A stretch of 32,000 nt of DNA from Ruminococcus albus 7 = DSM 20455 (GCF_000179635.2 NC_014824.1:388707-420706), one strand, 5' to 3'. Positions 8,285-15,504 are shown, counted from the stretch's first letter. Numbers and translations are program-made. The notes: generated by a model not told the origin, from the sequence alone.

Positions 8285-9454
8285 TCATATGAAATTGAAA
8301 GTTTCTTTGATAGCTTTTTCAGGATCATAATTTTTACGTAACGATAACTCTGTTACATCCTTTATAAAGTATGATTGAGCATCTAGGTCAGTAAGATCGT
8401 ATTTTTGAGATAATTGTTCTATTCTGTAAAAGATGGAATTTTTTAAATCATTTCTTATCAGCTGATAGAATTGTTTAGCTCCGAATTTTTTTATGAACTC
8501 ATCCGGATCTTTTGCATCCCGTATGCTTATCACGTATACTGTAAATCCGACACTTTCAAGTATGTCTATTGCTTTTTCAGTTGCCGCTATCCCGGCATCA
8601 TCATTATCATAACATATAATTATTTCGTCTGAATAACGCTTTAGCAATAAAGCCTGTTTGGTTGTAAGAGCTGTCCCACAGCTCGCCACAGCGGTTCTGA
8701 AGCCTGCCTGATGCATTGATATCACATCGAGATTACCTTCACATAATATCGGTGTTTCACCTTTACTTATGTTTTTTACGGCATAGTTCAGAGAAAACAA
8801 GAAGTTGTTTTTGGTATAGCATGGTGTGTTTTTGGTATTTAGATACTTAAAATTGTTATCACCATCTAGTTTTCTGCCACCAAATCCGATGATATTTCCG
8901 TTTATATCTATAAAAGGGAATATAGCTCTGTTATTAAAAAAATCAATGATCTCATCGTTTTTGGATACTGTAACCAGTGAGCTTTGAAGAAGCTGTTCGA
9001 TCGTGTATCCTAATCCAAGCATATGTTCTTTCAGTGATGTGAAATTTCCATCTGCATAACCCATTCTGAAATTACATATGGTCTCTGTTGTAAGACCTCT
9101 TTTATTTATAAGATAATCCAGGCATACATTTTCCTTTTTTGAAAATAACCTTTCAAAAAAGAATTTTGCAGCTTCGTAATTCAACTCATAAAAAGTTTTT
9201 AAATCGCGAGGTTTTGTATGTATCACATGATTTTTCTTTCCAACGGCATCTTTGTAATGGATCTTATTTTCGTTCATGAATCTCGCCTGATCTCCATTTT
9301 TGCCGCAGTTAAAACAATGATAGCAGTTTTCTTTTTCAAAAACGTATAGCTGTATAGCTCCGCAAAAAGGGCATTTTCCGCGATATAGCCCATTCCCGAT
9401 GTGCTTAAGTGATGTTTTTACGGAAATTATTTTGAGAATACTGTTATTTTTCAT
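8285..9454 (-). CDS. dnaG: DnaG-type DNA primase (CHC2 zinc finger plus TOPRIM), element-encoded
   Basis: AAGGAG RBS. Zinc finger CPFCGA...CYHCFNCGKNGD. TOPRIM motifs ILCEGNLDVIS and ICYDNDDAG. Confidence 0.85.
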   Translation of the reverse strand: MKNNSILKIISVKTSLKHIGNGLYRGKCPFCGAIQLYVFEKENCYHCFNCGKNGDQARFMNENKIHYKDAVGKKNHVIHTKPRDLKTFYELNYEAAKFFFERLFSKKENVCLDYLINKRGLTTETICNFRMGYADGNFTSLKEHMLGLGYTIEQLLQSSLVTVSKNDEIIDFFNNRAIFPFIDINGNIIGFGGRKLDGDNNFKYLNTKNTPCYTKNNFLFSLNYAVKNISKGETPILCEGNLDVISMHQAGFRTAVASCGTALTTKQALLLKRYSDEIIICYDNDDAGIAATEKAIDILESVGFTVYVISIRDAKDPDEFIKKFGAKQFYQLIRNDLKNSIFYRIEQLSQKYDLTDLDAQSYFIKDVTELSLRKNYDPEKAIKETFNFI

Positions 9455-9498
9455 TTATATCATTTCTCCTTTGTTTAAGAGTGGATCCTTCAAATTTT

Positions 9499-9560
9499 CG
9501 CTCCAATTTTTCAATTTTATCTTTCGATTAAATTATATCAGAAAATAATAAATGATAAAA
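9499..9560 (-). promoter_or_regulatory. junction promoter module K plus leader box (minus strand, drives the primase)
   Basis: Read on the minus strand: TTTTAT 9560-9555, ATTTTC 9546-9541, TATAAT 9537-9532. Leader box ttgaaaaattggagcg at 9514-9499. Confidence 0.55.
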
Positions 9561-9576
9561 AATAAAAAAAGCTTGT

Positions 9577-9639
9577 TTTTATCTGAGTGAATTTTCTTCT
9601 ACAATATAATCAGAGATAACGATTGATAACTGGAGATCA
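9577..9639 (+). promoter_or_regulatory. junction promoter module C plus leader box (divergent from K)
   Basis: TTTTAT 9577-9582, ATTTTC 9591-9596, TACAAT 9600-9605. Leader box ttgataactggagatca at 9623-9639. Confidence 0.55.
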
Positions 9640-9894
9640 TTAATTGTTGCTCTATATCGATGTTCTAAACCCTCCAACTATCGATATTAACTACCGTTTC
9701 AAGGCTATAATAAATTAATAAGCCATTATCATATATCTTACTACTCTATAATTTCCTTTTAGGAATGTACATATACTTATCGAACCACTTATCAAATCTC
9801 TTTTTCAATTTCCTTCCTTATTCTCACAGTGATTCTCACCTCATTGTCACTGTGTAATATATACCACTTATCATATTATTTATCAAATTTTTAC

Positions 9895-9929
9895 GGAGCA
9901 TGTACCCGGCGCTGTTGTGTACATGCTCC
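9895..9929 (+). promoter_or_regulatory. perfect 11-bp hairpin abutting the RBS of 9949-10215
   Basis: ggagcatgtac / gtacatgctcc with a 13-nt GC-rich loop. It ends 1-2 nt before GAAAGGAG. Function unknown. Confidence 0.35.
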
Positions 9930-9948
9930 CGAAAGGAGTATTTTACAT

Positions 9949-10215
9949 ATGAACGTCACATTTCTTACTAAAACAATAGACGATAGATTTTCGATATTGG
10001 AGCTCGGCAGTAATGTCGAGTCAATGAAGAGTCTTTTAAAGGCTCATGTCAAGCGCTTTCTGGATAAGAAAGCAAACGTAACATCAATAGAACCTGCAAT
10101 GCACTCATCAGAGGATATGGGTTCTGTCATAACATTTTCTGATAATAAGGGAAAAGAGCATACAGCTCGATTTACTTTGTTATCGGGAGATGCAGATGAA
10201 TTTTTTAAACACTGA
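9949..10215 (+). CDS. small hypothetical protein
   Basis: ATG 9949 follows AAGGAG by 10 nt. The upstream part of the track ORF (from 9829) has no RBS and contains the hairpin. A terminator follows. Confidence 0.55.
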   Translation: MNVTFLTKTIDDRFSILELGSNVESMKSLLKAHVKRFLDKKANVTSIEPAMHSSEDMGSVITFSDNKGKEHTARFTLLSGDADEFFKH

Positions 10216-10226
10216 GCAACAATAAA

Positions 10227-10258
10227 CGCCTTCCTGAATTATACGGGAAGGTGTTTTT
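10227..10258 (+). terminator. intrinsic terminator
   Basis: cgccttcc / ggaaggtg stem, 11-nt loop, then tttttat. Confidence 0.7.
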
Positions 10259-10317
10259 ATTTGCCTGAATTTTCAATTATAATTTTAGTAGTGATATGAT
10301 TTGATGATTTGGAGCAT
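10255..10317 (+). promoter_or_regulatory. junction promoter module D plus leader box
   Basis: TTTTAT 10255-10260, ATTTTC 10269-10274, TATAAT 10278-10283. Leader box ttgatgatttggagcat at 10301-10317. Confidence 0.55.
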
Positions 10318-10355
10318 TTCATATCCTAAAAATTATAGAAAGAAAGGTTATAAAA

Positions 10356-10724
10356 ATGAATATAAGCAGTACATACAGAAAACTGATCAAGAGAGGGCAG
10401 GTGTATTTTGCTGACCTCGGTGACGGAATAGGCTCTGAAATGGCAGGCGTAAGACCTGTTATCATTATCCAGAATAATATGGGAAATAAGTATTCTCCTA
10501 CTGTAACGGTAGTACCTATTACGTCTAAATTCAAAGATCTGAATCAGCCCACTCACTTCTTAGTACAGGCAGGAACAGCCAATCTTAATAAAGACAGCGT
10601 GATCCTTGCCGAAAGTATAAGAACTATTTCAAAAGAACGCTTGAGATACTATATTGGAGATCTTAATGATAACTTCATGAAGCAAATAAGCAATACAGTA
10701 AAGATCCAATTAGGCCTGAATTAA
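10356..10724 (+). CDS. mazF: PemK/MazF-family type II toxin (mRNA interferase)
   Basis: Family-typical KRGQVYFADLG...GSEMAGVRPVIIIQNNMGNKYSPTVTVVPITSK. About 120 aa, the usual length. Confidence 0.85.
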   Translation: MNISSTYRKLIKRGQVYFADLGDGIGSEMAGVRPVIIIQNNMGNKYSPTVTVVPITSKFKDLNQPTHFLVQAGTANLNKDSVILAESIRTISKERLRYYIGDLNDNFMKQISNTVKIQLGLN

Positions 10725-10734
10725 GGAGGAAATA

Positions 10735-11130
10735 ATGATGGTAAGAGGAATTTACAAAGGTGGATTCATCTCAAGACAGGATGCAGCTGAGGGAAAATAT
10801 TATTGTCCAAAATGTAAAAGACCGCTGTACATAACAAAGACCCCGGGTTATTTTGGACAATGCTTTCACTGTGATGAAGATTTCTACATGATAGAAGCTC
10901 TGTCGGAAGAAAATGAATGCGGCGTTATGGTAGGCAGACCCTTAAACGGAATAACTGTTAATGGTGGAATCGAGTACTTGCTTAACAGCGAAAATAAGAG
11001 GATGATATTCGATTCACCCGAAGACGCAAAGAATTATTTAATTCAAAACGGAGTGTCTAAAGTAGCTGCTGAGTTATTCTACTATATAGACGCGGCTATG
11101 CAGACTGAGATCGAAAAAACCGATCAGTAA
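10735..11130 (+). CDS. zinc-ribbon protein immediately downstream of mazF
   Basis: AGGAGG RBS, 10 nt after the mazF stop. CPKC...CFHC four-Cys ribbon at the N-terminus. The C-domain is unassigned. Confidence 0.65.
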   Translation: MMVRGIYKGGFISRQDAAEGKYYCPKCKRPLYITKTPGYFGQCFHCDEDFYMIEALSEENECGVMVGRPLNGITVNGGIEYLLNSENKRMIFDSPEDAKNYLIQNGVSKVAAELFYYIDAAMQTEIEKTDQ

Positions 11131-11147
11131 AGAAAAGGAGCATTTCA

Positions 11148-11774
11148 ATGAATATCAATAAAATTAACGAACTACTTGCCTACAAATATTCTCTTTATAC
11201 AGAGGATGTTGATGAAGCACTCAATGACGAAAAAATTAAAGCATTCGCTGATAAAATAAACAGCTCATCAAGCCGTGAAGAAATGACTGATAAAGATGAA
11301 AGACTAAGAGAAATGATCTATTCATACCTTTCAAGAAGAAAAGAAAATGGCATTTATGTGTCTGTGTACAAAGGAGTAGACGAACACAGATGTATGAAAG
11401 AAGGTATCAGGCATCCTAAAAATATAGTAAGTGATATCTTGTACCGAGTTGGTCAAGCAAAACTTGAACCGGATGAGTATTTTACTGAATCATATAACCT
11501 TAAAGAGATTTACAGTGAATATAAATACGTAATACCCGAATCTATAGCTCAAAAATGTCGATTTATGTGTGATGTTGATTATGGCAACTGCGAGGGAATA
11601 TATTATGACCTTATGCTGTTTGATCATAGCAGATCGGTCCATAGCCTTATAGTAGGCAAAACGTTATCCAAAGATGAACAAGCGTTTATGAAAATGAGTT
11701 ATATGGGCTCTTTTGTAAATCTTCTTCTTAAGAACGATTTTTGCAAGGTAAACACATCAGTTCTAAATCTGTAA
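11148..11774 (+). CDS. hypothetical protein, third gene of the mazF unit
   Basis: AAGGAG RBS. Same strand, 17 nt after the previous stop. A terminator follows. Confidence 0.7.
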   Translation: MNINKINELLAYKYSLYTEDVDEALNDEKIKAFADKINSSSSREEMTDKDERLREMIYSYLSRRKENGIYVSVYKGVDEHRCMKEGIRHPKNIVSDILYRVGQAKLEPDEYFTESYNLKEIYSEYKYVIPESIAQKCRFMCDVDYGNCEGIYYDLMLFDHSRSVHSLIVGKTLSKDEQAFMKMSYMGSFVNLLLKNDFCKVNTSVLNL

Positions 11775-11783
11775 TTTTGGGAA

Positions 11784-11811
11784 AGAGTCTCATCGTGAGG
11801 CTCTTTTTTTA
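11784..11811 (+). terminator. intrinsic terminator
   Basis: agagtctca / tgaggctct stem (one G-U pair), 3-nt loop, then tttttttatt. Confidence 0.7.
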
Positions 11812-11835
11812 TTGCAGTAAATTTTCTTTTAAAAT
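11807..11835 (+). promoter_or_regulatory. junction promoter module J
   Basis: TTTTAT 11807-11812, ATTTTC 11821-11826, TAAAAT 11830-11835. No clear leader box. Confidence 0.5.
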
Positions 11836-11897
11836 ATTAATGGAAAGAAAAATAGTCTTTCTTCATAATGAAATGTATAAAGAAAGGGTGTTGAAGT

Positions 11898-12104
11898 ATG
11901 TTTAAGTGTTCCGGTTCTTACAGAAGAAGTAACTATAAGAAGATGAAAAGAGATGCTTTCAAAAGAAAACATCTTTATGAAATAAGAGCTGAAGCAGAGA
12001 AAAGACGGGATGAATGCTATGATAGAAAGCATCGTCGTTTTGTCTCCGAAAGGACATACTCCACTCAGGCTGAATATATTAGAAAATATTTTGCATGTCA
12101 ATAA
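11898..12104 (+). CDS. small highly basic hypothetical protein
   Basis: AAGGGTG 8 nt upstream. Co-directional with module J, which lies 60 nt upstream. Preferred over the overlapping minus-strand ORF 11829-12110, which has no promoter or RBS and would read through module J. Confidence 0.4.
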   Translation: MFKCSGSYRRSNYKKMKRDAFKRKHLYEIRAEAEKRRDECYDRKHRRFVSERTYSTQAEYIRKYFACQ

Positions 12105-12132
12105 ATACATAACTTAAAAAGAGGGATTCTTA

Positions 12133-12468
12133 ATGGCAGGATATAATTACAAATTAAACATGAGCAATAATGCCGTCGAAGCTTATGAAAAGGGAGCAAA
12201 GCCCTATAACGAGTGGAGTCTGGCAGAAATAATAGACAAGGTACTGGATATCTATGATCCGGAAGAACACGCCTTTGATATCAATAAATTAGTAAACACT
12301 CCTCTCAAAGCAGTAAAATTATGTGTTCTTTCATATTCATCGTGGCATCACACAACAAAGAAATACAAAGAAACAGAATTCTATTTTGTGGATCGGAAAA
12401 AGTTATTGATGCTTACGGATAAAGATATAGATAAATACGTGGATTTCGTAATGCAAAAAGAAATGTAA
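12133..12468 (+). CDS. hypothetical protein (phage/plasmid-type)
   Basis: GAGGGA RBS. Same strand, 28 nt after the previous ORF. Confidence 0.65.
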   Translation: MAGYNYKLNMSNNAVEAYEKGAKPYNEWSLAEIIDKVLDIYDPEEHAFDINKLVNTPLKAVKLCVLSYSSWHHTTKKYKETEFYFVDRKKLLMLTDKDIDKYVDFVMQKEM

Positions 12469-12492
12469 CTTTATACTCTTTCAGCAAGAAGA

Positions 12493-12513
12493 CTCCCACC
12501 TCTTAGGTGGGAG
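12493..12513 (+). other. 8-bp hairpin resembling the hairpin after tnpB (possible IS200/IS605 left-end structure, or a terminator lacking a U-tract)
   Basis: ctcccacc tctta ggtgggag at 12493-12513, compared with cccccgcc tcttta ggcggggg at 14073-14094. Loop and stem layout are the same. Unlike every other terminator in the array, it has no T-run. Confidence 0.35.
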
Positions 12514-12700
12514 ATGAATTGCGTTTCTTACTCACTGAACTTTTCACTTCGCTCATAGCATAAAATATTCAGTCGAATAAAATGGAGTGGCTAAAATACA
12601 GTGGATTTGGATAATAAAGCACATTCTTGCTTTACAAAATGGGAGATTTTTTTAACAGGGCGAGAACACACGTTATTTCAGTTGTGGGATGAAGCCCTGT

Positions 12701-12763
12701 TTATATTATTACTAATTTTCTTGTATAATAATATTGTAGATAATAATTAATAACTGGAGGTCA
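12701..12763 (+). promoter_or_regulatory. junction promoter module E plus leader box (upstream of tnpB)
   Basis: TTATAT 12701-12706, ATTTTC 12715-12720, TATAAT 12724-12729. Leader box ttaataactggaggtca at 12747-12763. Confidence 0.55.
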
Positions 12764-12842
12764 GACAGATCAAATAATACTACTATTACAACACTAAAGA
12801 ATTTAAAATCAAGAACATAAAGCCATAAAAGGAGTGAACACT

Positions 12843-13961
12843 ATGGCAAACAAGGCATTTAAATTCAGAATATATCCAAATAACGAGCAAAAGGTTTTGT
12901 TTGCCAAAACCTTCGGCTGTGTGAGATTGGTATATAACTATTGGTTATACAAAAGAATCAAGCAGTATAAAGAATATGAAACAACTTTAAGTTACAACGC
13001 TTGTGCCAAAGAAATGGCTGGACTTAAGAAAATGGAGAAATACTCATTCTTACGGGAAGTGGACAGCGTATCATTACAGCAGTCGCTTCGACACCTGGAT
13101 ACAGCGTTTCAGAACTTCTATAAACAGCCTAAAACAGGATTTCCCAGGTTCAAATCAAAAAAATGTAAAAAGAACAGCTATTCTACTGTTTGTATCAATG
13201 GTAACATATCCGTATCCAACGGATATTTGAAATTACCAAAAGTCGGACAAGTAAAATTAAGGCAGCACAGGAACATTCCTGATGAATATGTTCTCAAGTC
13301 TGTGACAGTTAGTCAGACTCCAAGCGGAAAATACTATGCAAGTATTCTGTATGAGTACGAAAACCAAGTACAGGAACAGGAACTGCATGACTTCTTAGGG
13401 CTTGACTTTTCGATGCACGAGCTGTACAAAGACAGCAACGGCAATGAACCGGCTTACCCCGGATACTACAGAGGAGCTGAAAAAAAGCTAAAAAGAGAAC
13501 AAAGAAAACTTTCTCTTATGCAGAAAGGCTCTAAAAACCGTGACAAACAACGTATCAAGGTTGCTAAAATGCATGAGAAAGTTGCAAATCAACGAAAGGA
13601 TTTTCTACATAAACAGTCAAGACAGATAGCCAATGCCTATGATTGTGTATGTATAGAAGATCTTAACATGCAAGCAATGTCTCAGGCACTTAAATTCGGC
13701 AAGTCGGTTTCAGATAACGGCTGGGGAATGTTTGTAACATTCCTGAAGTACAAACTAGAAGAGCAAGGCAAAAGGCTTGTAAAGATAGATAAATTCTTTG
13801 CGAGCAGTCAGACTTGTTCGTGCTGTGGTTACATCAATAAGGAAACAAAGAACCTTGCTATAAGAGCATGGGATTGTCCCGAATGCGGAACTCACCATGA
13901 CAGAGATGTAAATGCAGCAATAAATATAAGAAACGAAGGCATGCGAATAGCATTAGCGTAG
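12843..13961 (+). CDS. tnpB: TnpB (IS200/IS605-family OrfB, RNA-guided RuvC endonuclease); no tnpA present
   Basis: N-terminus MANKAFKFRIYPNNEQ. RuvC triad candidates GLDFS, CIEDLN and HDRDVNAAINI. Zn ribbon CSCCG...CPECG. ATG 12843 follows AAAGGAG. Confidence 0.9.
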   Translation: MANKAFKFRIYPNNEQKVLFAKTFGCVRLVYNYWLYKRIKQYKEYETTLSYNACAKEMAGLKKMEKYSFLREVDSVSLQQSLRHLDTAFQNFYKQPKTGFPRFKSKKCKKNSYSTVCINGNISVSNGYLKLPKVGQVKLRQHRNIPDEYVLKSVTVSQTPSGKYYASILYEYENQVQEQELHDFLGLDFSMHELYKDSNGNEPAYPGYYRGAEKKLKREQRKLSLMQKGSKNRDKQRIKVAKMHEKVANQRKDFLHKQSRQIANAYDCVCIEDLNMQAMSQALKFGKSVSDNGWGMFVTFLKYKLEEQGKRLVKIDKFFASSQTCSCCGYINKETKNLAIRAWDCPECGTHHDRDVNAAINIRNEGMRIALA

Positions 13962-14098
13962 CCTTAAATCATAAAAACCGTGGGACACACGGGGTTAGCT
14001 CGCTTATGCTTAGTGCATTAGTACTATCGAACGAGAACCGAACTCGCTGAGGTCAGGGGAAACCCCCGCCTCTTTAGGCGGGGGAGGATGTCACATCA
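13962..14098 (+). ncRNA. putative omega-RNA (reRNA) scaffold / IS right-end region
   Basis: Structured, more GC-rich non-coding stretch immediately 3' of tnpB (stems ccgtg/cacgg, cccccgcc/ggcggggg). This is where TnpB guide-RNA scaffolds are encoded. Exact 5' and 3' ends cannot be set by eye; the scaffold normally also overlaps the 3' end of tnpB. Confidence 0.5.
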
Positions 14099-14104
14099 GC
14101 TTGA

Positions 14105-14140
14105 AAATGCTCTGTGTTTTTCAGGGCATTTATTTTTTTT
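14105..14140 (+). terminator. intrinsic terminator
   Basis: aaatgctctg / cagggcattt stem (one G-U pair), 7-nt loop, then tatttttttt. Confidence 0.7.
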
Positions 14141-14165
14141 AAAATACTAAATTTTCTTATATAAT
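14137..14165 (+). promoter_or_regulatory. junction promoter module F
   Basis: TTTTAA 14137-14142, ATTTTC 14151-14156, TATAAT 14160-14165. Short leader, no full box. Confidence 0.5.
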
Positions 14166-14203
14166 ATAATTGTCTAAACATAGACGGAAGGGAAGTGCTA
14201 TTA

Positions 14204-14455
14204 ATGGCAAAAAAATTAGTAACAAAGGTTATTTTTGAGGTTGGTGATATTCAAGTAAATATAAGAGATGTTATGGATTCGGTCAAAGTAGCTTGGGTAA
14301 ATGCCGGGAATTCACCGGATAGCCTGAATGAACTTACATTTTACATCAAAGCAGAGGACAGGAAGGCTTATTTTATAGGTAATGGCGGAAAAGTGAAAGG
14401 AAGTGTTGCGCTAAGTAATGCGGACGATCTTTCCAATGATGTTATTTTCGAATAA
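14204..14455 (+). CDS. small hypothetical protein
   Basis: ATG 14204 (MAKKLVTKV...) lies downstream of GGAAGGGAAG. Single-gene unit. Confidence 0.6.
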   Translation: MAKKLVTKVIFEVGDIQVNIRDVMDSVKVAWVNAGNSPDSLNELTFYIKAEDRKAYFIGNGGKVKGSVALSNADDLSNDVIFE

Positions 14456-14537
14456 ATTTGCTGTAATTATAATGTATGTATTTACTGCTCCACTATTAGT
14501 GGAAAACACTTTAACATAAACAAGGAGGAAACCTTAA

Positions 14538-14848
14538 ATGAAAACAAGAAGAATCATGACAATACTTGCCGCGATGACAATGGTAACAGCTTTTGGTGCA
14601 ATGTCTGCATCTGCAGAGTCAGGCATTATCGAGGATCTGTCTGTTAATGAGCTTCCTTCAGAGGATGTTCCCGTAGAGGAAGACCCTGCTGAAGTCATAC
14701 CTGTAAACGACGATGCACCTACAGATTACACTCCCACAGAAAATCAAGCAATAAAAACGCAAATCCTAATACAGGTGCAGTAAGCATGAGCTTTGCAGTT
14801 GCTGCTGTAGCTGCCGGCGCGATGATTGTAAGCAAAAAGAGAAGATGA
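14538..14848 (+). pseudogene. mini cell-wall-anchored protein (signal peptide, acidic Pro-rich stalk, NPNTG sorting signal), frameshifted
   Basis: AGGAGG RBS. Signal peptide MKTRRIMTILAAMTMVTAFGAMSASA. The frame stops at 14783, but the -1 frame continues KNANPNTGAVSMSFAVAAVAAGAMIVSKKRR* to 14848 (LPXTG-like motif, hydrophobic helix, basic tail). The shift must lie in 14693-14757; one extra A in the A5 run 14753-14757 restores the frame. Confidence 0.6.
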
Positions 14849-14890
14849 AAGTATCATTAGGTGTTCAGTTACAAAAATACAGTAATATTT

Positions 14891-14921
14891 CAGCATCCGA
14901 AATCTCGGATGCTGTTTTTTA
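14891..14921 (+). terminator. intrinsic terminator
   Basis: cagcatccga / tcggatgctg perfect 10-bp stem, 4-nt loop, then ttttttatt. Confidence 0.75.
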
Positions 14922-14978
14922 TTGATTTGAATTTTCGTATATAATATAAACGAGACCGATATTGATGATATGGAGTTC
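14917..14978 (+). promoter_or_regulatory. junction promoter module G plus leader box
   Basis: TTTTAT 14917-14922, ATTTTC 14931-14936, TATAAT 14940-14945. Leader box ttgatgatatggagttc at 14962-14978. Confidence 0.55.
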
Positions 14979-15052
14979 TGATGTTGGATCCCCATTCACT
15001 TGTCGAACTTACAATCACACTTCAAACTCTAAAACTTAAGGAGGAAGTAATA

Positions 15053-15493
15053 ATGCTGAACAATTGCGTAATTATGGGAAGAATCACAAAGGATCTGGAA
15101 ATGAGACAGGTAGGAGACGGAAATGCTGCAGTAAACTTCACTGTTGCTGTAGACCGCGACTACAAAACGAAGTCTGGAGAAACTATGACAGACTTCATAC
15201 CCTGTCAGGCTTACGGAAAGACTGCCGAGTTTATCGGTAAGTATTTCGGAAAGGGAAGAATGATCAATGTAATTGGTTCGTTCAGATCAAATCCTTATAA
15301 GGATAAGGACGGCAATAACAGGATCATCTACTGTCTGCAGGCAGAAAAGGTAAACTTCACCGGCGAGCCGAAGAAGGATGCCTCAACTCAGCCTCAGAAC
15401 AACTATGTTTCTGATGCGCCAATCGAAGCACCTGATGATTTCCCTTCGTTCGATAGCTTCAACGGAGACTTTGACGACGGAGACGTATTCTGA
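15053..15493 (+). CDS. ssb: single-stranded DNA-binding protein
   Basis: AAGGAGG RBS before ATG 15053. OB-fold N-terminus MLNNCVIMGRITKDLEMRQVGDG..AVNFTVAV. Gln/Pro-rich linker and acidic tail DFDDGDVF. Confidence 0.85.
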   Translation: MLNNCVIMGRITKDLEMRQVGDGNAAVNFTVAVDRDYKTKSGETMTDFIPCQAYGKTAEFIGKYFGKGRMINVIGSFRSNPYKDKDGNNRIIYCLQAEKVNFTGEPKKDASTQPQNNYVSDAPIEAPDDFPSFDSFNGDFDDGDVF

Positions 15494-15504
15494 TCCAACA
15501 CAAC

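Noticed and set aside
11829-12110. 93-aa minus-strand ORF
   Set aside because: It would read backwards through promoter module J and the terminator, and it has no RBS. The co-directional plus-strand basic ORF fits the unit architecture better, though it is itself only weakly supported.
12539-12600. Possible twelfth promoter module (cttttc ... TAAAAT 12561-12566 ... aataaaatggag)
   Set aside because: The spacing does not fit. The TTTTC box is 16 nt rather than 3 nt from the -10, and TGGAG is at offset 17 rather than 26-27. It is treated as a degenerate relic at most.
14744-14995. 83-aa minus-strand ORF
   Set aside because: It spans the sorting-signal coding region, a terminator and promoter module G in antisense. 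It has no RBS.
14981-15052. N-terminally extended SSB starting at ATG 14981 (track ORF 14981-15493)
   Set aside because: The ATG does sit 5 nt after the GGAG of the leader box and is in frame. However, ATG 15053 has a strong AAGGAGG RBS and gives the canonical SSB N-terminus (M..N.V.L.GR). The extension would add 24 non-conserved residues. It is left as a minor possibility.
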